A stretch of 62,802 nt of DNA, the filler included, from Dugesia japonica (Eukaryota): the NCBI GenBank assembly GCA_001938525.1. It is 6 parts of 6 records of this genome, joined end to end, with 100 filler letters (N's around TTAATTAATTAA, not from the genome) between each part and the next. Parts side by side here need not be neighbours in the genome. Positions count along the whole stretch, not along the records: positions 9,522 to 23,887 come from MQRL01345879.1; 5 more parts are not named here. The stretch is one strand, 5' to 3'. The notes beneath the pieces are model-generated. The model saw only the letters and a list, made by a program, of their open reading frames with translations, did not search any database and was not told the DNA's origin. Positions 13,271 to 23,987 of the stretch are shown one piece after another. Position numbers and translations under genes: made by a program. Positions within the stretch are counted from its first letter, which is position 1. Each line of letters begins with the position of its first letter.

Positions 13271-14399
13271 TTTAAATGGAAAATTTAACATGACGATAAC
13301 ATTTATATAAAAGAAATTAAATTGTAATTCATATATAAATCATTAAAATTTCACTCAAATAAATAAAAGAATTTCAAAACGATTTAAATAATTGTTCAAA
13401 GCGTTTTATTCATAGTTATTCGAAACTAAAGTATCAATCAAAGAAAAAACCTGTATGAGCCTTTTGCTTAATAATCGAACTGCCAACGAACTCCACTCAC
13501 TGAGCTACATTCATTTTCCTATTATCTGTACCTGAATTCCCCTAGAACACCTAGTCTAGCTCCTCCAACTCATTTATGTTCGCTCATAACTCCTTTATTC
13601 ACTTCCAACAACAGAATAATTTAGTACATTTACTCATATTCTCGTTTTATTTTTTTTATTTAGATAATTTGCATTACGATCTTGTTTGTACGATTTTCCG
13701 ACTGCAATTTGGTCTCATTTAATGGATTTCTCGTCCCAATTTTATATTATTTCAGGACATTATTCTCCTTTCAATTTTTTCATTTAGAAAATTTGCATTA
13801 TGTTGGAGCACGGCTTGGCCTGCAATCGGTGCGCTCGGATTTCATTTATTTGATGTATACAAATTTTAATAAGATAATATTGGTAACAAACAAATAAAAA
13901 TTTACTTTTTAATTCTCTAGCAAATTCTCCTTAGTCTTTGCAAATAAAAATGAACTATGAATTAGTAATCGCAAAATTTAAATCGTAAATTCAAAAATTA
14001 AATCCTAAATCTGACAATTTTTTCTGTGCAAACGAGTTTTATTCCTACACCCTAACTTGATATCACTCATTCGTTCACCAATCATTACCTTGTGTTGGTA
14101 AATCGTACCTTCTGATTGGGTGGCACTAATCATTAATCGAAATTGCTCGTAATTTTCCGTCCGGTGAGATGATTTTCGCACACCATCTTGTTTTTCACCA
14201 AACTATTCAGTCGGCCACCTCGTATGACCTCTGAATAATCCGTTTTATCTCCATGCAAAGTCCTTGTCTGAATCACGGCGAATCAGCCGGTTTTGTTGTT
14301 TATTTACGATTTTTATCGCCTGCTTCAGTCAAGGCAATGTGACTGGACCAGACTAATTAAGCAACATTTGAATAATAAATGTCAACTTAATTACAGTTC

Positions 14400-14645
14400 A
14401 GAATACCATTTTCATCTCTGACCTTGAATTATTTTAATGAGCAAAGTGAATGGAATTGGTAAGTAAATTGAGATAAAACACTACTCGTGTTGTGAAACTT
14501 TTGACTAACCTTGAGATTGTTTTTTTATTAGGTATTGGACAATTGGGTTGTTTAGTATGAAAAAGTTTACTCACGTGGTGCAAGTTGTTACCCTCTTTAG
14601 CATTAATAAGAATCATCTCAATTCTTTCTTATGTAGAATAAACCA
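14400..14645 (-). mobile_element. Relic of the N-terminal HTH (DUF4817-like) of a Tc1/mariner-superfamily transposase
   Basis: RIEMILINAKEGNNLHHVSKLFHTKQPNCPIPNKKTISRLVKSF fits the F...HP...P...TI.RLV.KF pattern. Confidence 0.55.
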
Positions 14646-15077
14646 TTGAAGTGTTAAAAATAAAAAATCACTGAGACAATTAATAAATAATAGAGCAACA
14701 ACTGTTATGTGTATCCTATGAAAATAATTGTGTTGGGTTTTTAGGATTTAAAACAAGTACTAATCTAATTTCTAATATTAAATTCTAAGAAAGTAAGTAA
14801 TTAAGTTAAGAGATTAAGGAAATTAAGAAAATTAAGAAATTTAATTTGTAATGATATTTAAACAAAGGTGATACATTTAACAAGCGAAGGAAATATTTAT
14901 TCTGGGTTCTTCACGTGTAATCAAATAAGTAAATTGAATATTGAAGAGCAGTAAGACATGCCACGATAAAAGTTCGCCTTCACTTAGAAAGGGTACTCTA
15001 TTATTTTGGACACGGGTGGCGTATTAAAATTATGATATAAATGATTAAAAGGATATCTCATAGGTAATTTCGCGTAT

Positions 15078-15345
15078 AGTTATTCAAAGGATTTCAAGTT
15101 AATAAGCTTTATTGGTTTTCTCAAGCACGCATAATTATTCAAAGGATTTCAAGTTAATAAATTTCAATAGTTCTTCTAAAATGTGCAAAATTGTTTTTAA
15201 AAAAATAAAGTTAATGGATTTCAAGTTAAAATGTAATTATGCTTCTCTCAGACTATTCAAAGGATTTTAAGTATATAGATTTCAATAGTTCTTCTAAAAG
15301 CGCGCATTTTAACGGATTTCAAGTTAATAAGTTTCAATGATTATG
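15078..15345 (+). repeat. Degenerate tandem repeat (~55-60 bp unit, core ggatttcaagttaa, 5 copies)
   Basis: (tattcaaa)ggatttcaagttaataa..tttcaatagttcttctaaa recurs near 15080, 15135, 15215, 15253 and 15313. Confidence 0.8.
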
Positions 15346-16107
15346 AATTCAAATATTAAAACAAATTTTTAGAGGTACCTAATTACGACTCAAATATTAA
15401 CAATTACGATTAAATTGATGTAAAAGGATTTTAACAGATTATGAGTACGACTTAACTATTAAATCGATTTCAGAGGAAAGTAAAAGGAATTATGACTTAA
15501 ATAATATAAAAGTATAAAATAATTTTAATTAATTATGACTATAACCTATTGTTAAACGAATTTAAATAAATACTAGAGAGATTGCCATGACTTAATGTAT
15601 AAACAAAGACTTTGGGTAATATGGATGTTAATCTAATACATTTAAAATTTAGGCAAATGATTTAATTTTTTTTAAGGGAGAAAAAAAAATCAATAATCAA
15701 ATTTCTGGGTTCGGGTCAAAATACAAACCAAAACGTAAACTCAAGCTACCAGGATATTTCGAACCATGACTTATAAATGAAATTTATAAATAGTGACGGT
15801 AACGGTAACTTATCTGTATTAATCCTTAGTCATAATAAAGTATTCGAAGAGGACGTCGAATTTAAACAAGCCGGGAGTGGAGAAAGAGATTAAATTAACT
15901 TCAACAAGTAAAATCAAAGTAAATTATAAAGATAAGATTTAATTAGAAAGTTAATAATGCGGGTAAAAATAAGTACGGGGGTATATTAAAAAGTTAAAGG
16001 TACAGAGCAATCGATCGAGCAAGCACAATCAAGTCGGAAACCGTTGTAGCATTCTTGGCATTATCCAAGTAATTAGTTTATAATTATTTGTAATTTAGAA
16101 AACAATT

Positions 16108-16840
16108 ATGTACAACGAACATTATATAAGAAGAAAACTAGTAAAGCGTTATCACGGTGAGGCATTCAAATTAAATCCGGAGGAAATAAACGAATTCCTT
16201 TTAAGCTACGAGGAACACGCCAAAGCATTCAAATGGGAAGAGGAAGATAAGATTAATATGATACCGCTCCATTTAGAAGGAACCGCCAAGATGCTATATA
16301 GACTGCACATACGGGCTACAGGAGAATCTTTCAAATCATGTAATGAGATAGAGCAATTACTACGAAAAAACTTTGAAATCCCAAAAGAATTCCTGCAAGC
16401 ATTGAGAGAAATATTATACTGTAAACAACAAGAAGGAGAAATTCCGACACTATGCCATAAGGTTTAGACAACTCCTTCCAATGAAACATTGGTCTCCCGA
16501 AAAGGATAGCGCATGTATCAATCCCTATATTGAGGGAATTTGGGATAAACAATTACAAGCATTCATCAAAAATAAAAAACCTCAAACCTTAGAAGAAGCA
16601 ATCAGAATACACCAAGAATATGAAACGGCAACATAACAGGTAGATGAACGACCAAGACGATGTAATAAATGTCGACAAAAAGGATATCAAGAAAACCATT
16701 GTTGCTATATAAAGAAAAAATGCGGGAACTGTGGAAGAAAGGGACATTTAATGGAAGAATGTAAAAACCCAATGTTACTTCTTTAAGAAAATTGGCCACC
16801 AAGTACTAAACTGTCCTAAAAAAGGATATCGTAATAGTTA
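16108..16840 (+). pseudogene. Gypsy gag-like gene 1 (capsid-like domain plus CCHC knuckles), frameshifted
   Basis: EFLLSYEEHAKAFKWEEEDKINMIPLHLEGTAKMLY..LRKNF..CKQQEGE is the retrotransposon gag signature. KPQTLEEAI and the knuckles CGNCGRKGHLMEEC and (C)YFFKKIGHQVLNCP follow in shifted frames. Confidence 0.8.
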
Positions 16841-17091
16841 AAATAATATGAAAGAAGGTGAAGAAGTGCGTTGGTCAAACGGAAAATTAAAAATATATAC
16901 AAAAGAAACTACGGGTAGTCGCTAGGAAAGATTGTTCATGTTGAACATAAATTCTGGAAAACCACTAAGAGGGACTAATGAACCAACAAGTTTTGTTACA
17001 GTAGGAGAAAATAATCAATCAGCTTGCAAAATAATGGGATCATTATAAATCAGGAAGAAAATGAAGGGAAAAAAGATACAATCCGAAAAAC

Positions 17092-17732
17092 TTGGTAGAG
17101 GCAGAAGTAAGTGATAGAGAATACGCACGTTGGTGGGTTGCATTTCAACAAATTATGAAAAGGAAACAAGAAGACAACGAAACTTATCAAGAATTCGCAG
17201 CCACAATAAAGGAGTTAGCAAAAGTAGCAAACACAACAGATGAGCAAAGGATAATAGAATATTTCAGATCAGGCTTACGAGACCCATTAATAAGAAGCTA
17301 CGTGGTTTCAAGTAAACCTCCAGACATGGCAACTGCTATATTAGAAGCAGAAGCAATGAGTAAAGTATTGGCAGAACAACGACTAATTATGGGAAATAGA
17401 ACCGTTAGTCAAGGAACAATATATAAACAAAATAGATGCCGAAATTGTCAGAAAACTGACCACAGTACAATCAGTGTACAATCATCTATACATTTTGCAG
17501 CATTTGCGGTCGGAAAAATCACCCCATGGATAAATGCTGGCAAAAATATTGTAGTAAATGCGGAAAGAAGGGGCACCCAGAAGAGAGATGTCTACTCAAG
17601 AGAATCAAAACAGAAGAGGATCAAAGTTCAAGAGACGATAACGAAGTTAACGAAACTCATAACCAACAAATTGTAAACCAAAGCAAGGAATCAACAAAAT
17701 TAATTAATGTAACCTTAATAAAATCAGTATAA
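17092..17732 (+). pseudogene. Gypsy gag-like gene 2 (capsid C-terminal region plus three CCHC knuckles), frameshifted
   Basis: RKQEDNETYQEFAATIKELAK..IIEYFRSGLRDPLIRSYV..P.DMATAI, then CRNCQKTDH, CSICGRKNHPMDKC and CSKCGKKGHPEERC. Confidence 0.8.
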
Positions 17733-19210
17733 ATATTTATATGTATAGATTTGTTTATGTATGGTTTTTGTGTATGCATGTGTAACTTCATATGATCCAT
17801 CTCTTCTCGAGACCACGTATCCATTTATTTTAAACATTTTGTCAATGGAAGCCTCTTTACATTCGAACCAATAAAAGCTGAAGCTTTAGATACCAATTTT
17901 AGAAATGTGGAAAAGTACGAGGTAAAGAAATAAACTTACAAACCTTTCTTGAAGACATTTGGTTAAAGCAAACTTCCTCAAATTCGAATCAGTGAAAGCT
18001 GAAGTCCTGAATACAAATGGATATGAATGAAAAGACTATGGGTACAAAGGACGAGGAGATCCAATGTATCTGCAATTATTTCGTAATGACCGTTGAGCGT
18101 ATGCTGGCTCGAAGTNAAACTAATACAAAAAAATTATTCAAATAAAATTTATGACACTCAAAATTTAATTGAACATATAAGATTTTGTAACGATTTAACT
18201 ACGAAAGTTCTAGTCAAAGAAATATTTTGCCAGAATTTTATATGAAATGCAATGTTTATAATGAAGCCTAAGGATCAAGTATAGTTCATCTAAACAACAC
18301 TAGTTATTTGTGGTTTTTAAATTAAAGTCCATATAAATCATAATATAAATTAAAGCAAGCACATTAATTAAGGGAATTTATGCACCAATGTCGAACTGAA
18401 TCCATTTTGTTCCAAAAATATCCACATTGATTTACTAGGTGAAGAATCACAAGACCTTATTTATCAAATGAAATATAGTTTGCATAATAATGGTTGAGAT
18501 AAAGATAAACTTGTATTTAAAGAAAATAAAGCAGTTTATGTTTCGATTTCATTGTGCTTAATCATTATATGATAACATTTAATTTTATTTGATGGAAACT
18601 GTTTATTAAAAAATTGCCCTTATTTTTTGATTATTGTGATAAAAATTAAATACTTTGGTAATAAAATTTCTTTATAAAAAGAGTACACAGATAACTGATT
18701 ATTTTATTGAAAATCTAAATTACTTCCAGCCCAATTTTAATTGTTTTGTATTTATTAGCGTATGTAAGTATGTNTATTGATATATCGATATTTTTTAAGG
18801 AATCTATTTTTTTAATTTTTACTATAAACAAAATGGTCACGAGTCTTTCACGAAATGATCAACAGCGCTGATTCAAGGCATTTTATTAATGTATGATTTC
18901 AAATCCAGTCTAAGTGAGGATCAATCTCAACCCCGTATTAACAAAGCTGTATGATAAGGTAATATTGGTCGTTGTACAGCTTATGACTCGTTTATGAAAT
19001 TTATAAGTTGTGTTTTCGACCTTCAAAATAAGGCAAGAAAGGTCAACCGTCACTTTTTGATAATAACCTTCTAAAACAACCAATTTAGCTGCATTACCTG
19101 ATGTAATTAAATTATAAAATACATTCATATTAAATGAAAAATANNNNNNNNNNNNNNNNNNNNNNNNNNNNNNNNNNNNNNNNNNNNNNAACTGTAAATT
19201 GTATTTTCAG

Positions 19211-19391
19211 TGATATCGTAGTTGTTGCTGGTGGAGTTATTCCTCCTCAAGATTATGAATTCCTGCGTAAAGTCGGAGTTTCTGAAATATTTGGTCCGGG
19301 TACTCGTATTCCAGATGCTGCGTCAAAAGTTGTAGATGCGATTATTAACAATCAAAATGGAGCAGGAGGACATAAACAAGCTGTTCATTAA
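19211..19391 (+). CDS. MMUT: Methylmalonyl-CoA mutase, last exon (C-terminus of the B12-binding domain)
   Basis: Acceptor ttttcag at 19210. [40 protein letters not shown] closely matches the MUT C-terminus ([24 protein letters not shown]). Stop at 19389-91; AATAAA downstream. Confidence 0.93.
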
Positions 19392-19765
19392 TAGTATTTC
19401 TCATGATATGCTTTGTTAACTCACTGAACTTTTGTATTATTAATACTTATTGTCATCATTTTTGAAAAATAATTTATACTCGTCAAAGTGATTTACGCTA
19501 ACTTAAAAATAAATTTTCAAATTTATGAATTTTTATTTTATGTAAAATATTAAAAATTAAATATTTGTAATATTATGTTTCATTGAAAAAAACATTAATT
19601 TTGTTGTTAATAATTTGTATTCAAACATCTAATAAAGTTTTAAAAATAAAGCTTGGNNNNNNNNNNNNNNNNNNNNNNNNNNNNNNNNNNNNNNNNAAAA
19701 GTTAAACTTTCTCCAGTTAATTTTTGTTAAATGCTAACATTTTGTGTTTAATTTTTGGTAGTTGA

Positions 19766-20369
19766 TTGTTTCGAAATACTACGAATACGTTATTCAACTA
19801 CTGGTATTCTACTCCTGGTTACAATTGGAATGCAGGATTGAGATTTAGTCAAGTTCATTTAAAATATGTAACTAGAAATAACTTTGATAAAATATTAAAA
19901 ACAGAACGTGGAATAAAAGAAGGATTTTCAGGTGTAACTGGTAATTGTTATTTAAAATCTTCACCTAATAATACAATCAAGAATCTTGACCTAAATAGTT
20001 TATATGCAGCTTGCATGACAAATAGATTATCAACAAGAGTATTTATTGAATGTAATGATTTAAATTATATTCAAACAAATAATGTTGAGATTAAACCAGG
20101 AATATTAAAAGATTACATTTATGATGTAGATTTAGATTATCCAGATGATATAAAAGAAAAAACTAAATATTATCCTCTTTGTGTTGAACAACAAGATATT
20201 GTATATGAAATGTTAAGCACTTTACAAAAGAATTTATTAGGTAAAAATAAACTCTAACCCTAAAAATAAAGAGCTTACATTGAATCAATTAAGTAAAAAG
20301 AATTATGTTTTACTAGGTTCTAATTTAGATTATTTCTTAAACAAGGAATGATTTTAAAAAAGATTCATA
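19766..20369 (+). pseudogene. Protein-primed family B DNA polymerase fragment (Polinton/adintovirus type)
   Basis: YSTPGYNWNAGLR..ERGIKEGFS..LDLNSLYAACM (motif A)..YIYDVDLDYP..YYPLCVE, then after a stop KKNYVLLGSNLDYFLKQGMILKKIH. Confidence 0.88.
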
Positions 20370-20919
20370 NNNNNNNNNNNNNNNNNNNNNNNNNNNNNNN
20401 NNNNNNNNNNNNNNNNNNNNNNNNNNNNNAAAGAAGCCAAAGTAGAATGAGATTTCTTTGATGAGTAGGTATATATGCGCGCACCAAACTAGGGGCCCTC
20501 GAGGATGGTGGTACCATCCTGACAATACTTTTTTTATTAAATTTTTTTTTTAATAAGTCACTTTTTTTTGAAAATTTTTATAAGTCAGAACAAAGACAAT
20601 TACCCCCACCCCTACCCTCCGGCCATTTTGAATTTTTTGTGATGAGTCATACTTTTTTTGAAAATTTATCTAAGTCAGAACAAAGACACCCTACCCCCCC
20701 ATGGAAACACAACTTTAAAAATATATTTAAGTTTTTTTCCTCAAGATCACGCCACTTATCAATGTCTTTGTTCAACTTGCAGTTCTTTGTTTATTTTTTT
20801 TCCAACACACATTGAAGCATAGTAATAAATTAAAAATGAACCAATTATAATATAATATGAATGATTATATATAATAATAAACAAATTCTCATTTCATTTT
20901 TTTACGAATTTAAATAAAA

Positions 20920-21610
20920 ATGAATCCAGATCAATTTCAATGTAAGCGCGCTGTTTTTTTTTAATGTAATTAATTTTATTTAGAATAGTTTGAAGGAAAA
21001 ACGAACGATACATAATGCCTTGCCGCAAAAATACAAATCAAAACTTCCAAAAATTTGGACAAATACAAGGGTATCTGTACATTAAACTATAAGAATTATT
21101 TGAAAACATGCAAGTTGGCAAGAAAAACGAAAATCGATAAAAGATATCAATTAAACAATTGGGTTAACCACATTGCAAAAATCTTCAACACCGAATTAAT
21201 TTTGAAACGCTGGGAATTGGAGAAGAAAATCCAAGATAGACTTATGGCTACAATTCAAGCCTAAATTTTGGACTCTCGCTATGAGTATAAAATATAAGGA
21301 TGAGGAAGAAAAAATGTCATTCGACTCGGACAAATTAGAAAGCATCAGCTTTCTTCTTGGTAAATTTCCAAATTCGATGGGGAAAGTGCTAGAAACAAAA
21401 GCTGTTTCGACATATAACGAAGGATATTTACAATCATTGAAAAAATAATATTAAATGTCCTTGGAATTCCTAAACACGTAAAAAATCAAATATTGGATGA
21501 TTTGAACTTAATTGCTAAGGCGGAGGCATTAAGCAAAATTCAAGGTTTTAAATTGGATAACTATGCAGGTTAATTCGATATTATCACATATGTTTTGAAT
21601 AATTTAGTTT
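20920..21610 (+). pseudogene. Orphan, probably spliced, decayed gene associated with Polinton relics
   Basis: ATG 20920 (MNPDQFQ), GT intron 20942-20988, then a frame with scattered stops that runs into ORF 21055-21264 and beyond. No family recognised. Confidence 0.35.
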
Positions 21611-21957
21611 AGATCCTGTTTGTCTTAATAAAGAGTCCGAAATTCATAAAAAAATTGTTTTAAATAAATTTTACTTCAAAATTTGTTATTTATTTTACTT
21701 ATTTTTCTAAAAATAGAAACCCATACATCATAGGTTGAAATAATAAATAAACAAATAAATAAATAGGTTTTATTGAACTATTCGCAATTTTCTTTTGATT
21801 TTCTTTTGATTTTCTTTTGATTTTTTTGATTTTCTTTTGATTTTTTTTCTTTTTACATTTGTTTGGTATAACTATACTAAAAAAAGAAATTTAAAAAATA
21901 ATATAAATATATAATTTCGAGCTTATAAATTTGACTGAGGACATTGATTGTATTCAT

Positions 21958-22825
21958 TTACAGTTGAGATCTAAAGTTAAAATTATAAATAACATTAATG
22001 CTAACATAAAAAAATATACCAGCTATCATTTTTTCATTGTCCATCTGTAGTGAAGATACTTCACTGTCCTCTATCCTACTTAATGATTTTAGATTTCTTA
22101 ATACTCTTGAGTATTTTACCTGGTACAAGATTGAATCGAATGTAAAACTTCCAATTTTATCTCTTATTATTAATTCCAATAACTGATCAGGCTTTAATGT
22201 GAATATTTATATAGTTTTGAAAAGTTTTTATTAATATGTTCATTTAATTGATTTAAATTCTTTATGAATAATTCATCCTCAAATCGAAATGTATGATCAC
22301 TTACAGTAAAAAAACTATAACTCAATGTTATTCTTACATTAGAGTCATCATTTTTTAATGATTGCATGTTAATAGAAAATTGATGGTCAAAATAATGGTT
22401 AATTGTTTTATTTAAATTATATCTTTTTGCATTTTTCTCACTATCAATTAACAAAACACTCTAAAACAAACCGTACTATTATTATTATGAAATGTAATCG
22501 TATTTCCATTCGACAAAATATGGGTTTCAACACCACTAAATGTTAGCTGTGGTCTTACATAACATAAACTGATTGACTTGTTTTTGTTGCCAATAGTAAC
22601 AATTATTGATCTTGTTATAAGATGAAATTCTTGATATTGAATTGTGACGTCACTATAATACGGAAATGGAGAATATACCTATGTGAAATCCATCATGGCT
22701 ACTTCCCAATTAACTTCAAAGTAAATCGGATTTTGAAGCTCAACATTAAACTTACTAGCCGTATTATTCGGATGAATAAGAGAACTACTATTACTTGGTA
22801 AAAGTGTATAGAAATTATTTCGCAT
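21958..22825 (-). pseudogene. Polinton/adintovirus minor capsid (penton) gene, decayed
   Basis: The ATG at 22825 gives MRNNFYTLLPSNSSSLIHPNNTASKFNVELQNPIYFEVNWEVAMMDFT*, matching the penton N-terminal motif FY.TLPSNSS...P.NT.S.F...L..PI.L...WEV. Downstream ORF pieces 22454-22194 and 22179-21958 are probably its continuation. Confidence 0.75.
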
Positions 22826-23063
22826 TGTTGATTAATTGCGATGCAGATATCCAACTAGGATTTTTATATCCATTCCACTTTACACAATATTGTTTATTCT
22901 GTTTTGTACACTTTGACCTTATAATGTTTTCAATTATGAATACTGATGGCAGAGGAATCACTTGTAGTTCATGTTCATAAAACTTTCTTTGCACAATATT
23001 ATTCTCATAATCTTCAATGACAGGATACTGTTTGGTATTGATCCTAATTACATCAAATTTCAA
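22815..23063 (-). pseudogene. C-terminus of a Polinton-type integrase with a chromodomain
   Basis: IEDYENNIVQRKFYEHELQ (integrase C-terminal FY..ELQ motif) followed by FIIENIIRSK..QYCVKWNGYKNPSWIS (chromodomain VKW.GY...SW). Confidence 0.82.
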
Positions 23064-23987
23064 ATTTTACTCAAAACAAGATTGCTTTGAATCCATTTGA
23101 TGATGAAAGATATATTTTAGATGATGGAATTACAAAACTTCTAAATGGTTATATATAAAATTGCTTAAATCTCAATCACCTCTAAGACATACAAGAAGAG
23201 TAAATTTTTAAAAACTAAACGAGTATATTTAATACATGAAAGTGAAGATTATTATTTCTTGAAAAATTAATTTGTGTAGTAAAAAGGAGATGTAGTAAAA
23301 TTATTTTTAAAGAAAAACCCAAAACAGTTTCATAAAAATAAATATAAATATATTAGAAAACAATTACTAGAATGTTTTGATTTTGCTAAATCAAAAAATA
23401 TTGATTCAATTTTCTGGGAAAGATATTTACCTTTTCTTTTAGCTGATGATTTATTAAACAATTAATAAACAAAACCCATATCTAAACCCATATATTTTAC
23501 CCTTTCCTTGCTGGATTATTTTTTCACATTTATATTATATCCAAAATCAATCAGTTATAGTATCCAATTTAACAGAAAAGTTAAACTCTGTAAAAGATTT
23601 CCCATGGAATGGAAAATTTGGTCAATTATTTTCTCAAGAATGTTTAGGTTGGTTCATTTCTAGGCGATTCAGTCAATTATTTACTCACAGCGGTCAGATT
23701 TCTGTTGACAGTACTCAGATTTTAGTTGAATGTACTCAGAATTTAGTTCACAGTGCTCATAGTTTGGTTGATATGTTGGGTATTATTACTCAACAAAAGA
23801 TTTATGGTTCGAAAAATATATAATTATGATTTTACGGGTGTTAAATTCTTTATCTTTAATTGTGTGTCGATACAATATTATATAATCNNNNNNNNNNNNN
23901 NNNNNNNNNNNNNNNNNNNNNNNNNNNNNNNTTAATTAATTAANNNNNNNNNNNNNNNNNNNNNNNNNNNNNNNNNNNNNNNNNNNN

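Larger units (their letters stand above)
14731..17732 (+). mobile_element. Gypsy-like LTR retroelement 5' region: TGTTGGG terminus, A-rich leader with tandem repeats, two gag-like genes
   Basis: Starts tgttgggtttttaggatt, followed by repeat arrays (15078-15600) and two capsid+CCHC coding regions. No pol is visible. Confidence 0.65.

Noticed and set aside
12672-13275. Plus-strand ORFs 12672-13073 and 13063-13275
   Set aside because: Probably antisense shadows of the minus-strand element gene, which has the splice signals and the homologue.
15078-15345. CRISPR-like spacing of the ggatttcaagttaa repeats
   Set aside because: The intervening sequences resemble each other, the repeats are degenerate, there are no cas genes, and the context is a eukaryotic retroelement.
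19211-20369. Functional link or capture between MMUT and the adjacent viral polymerase
   Set aside because: The MMUT exon has a normal acceptor, stop and polyA signal and is separated by a gap; simple downstream insertion explains the adjacency.
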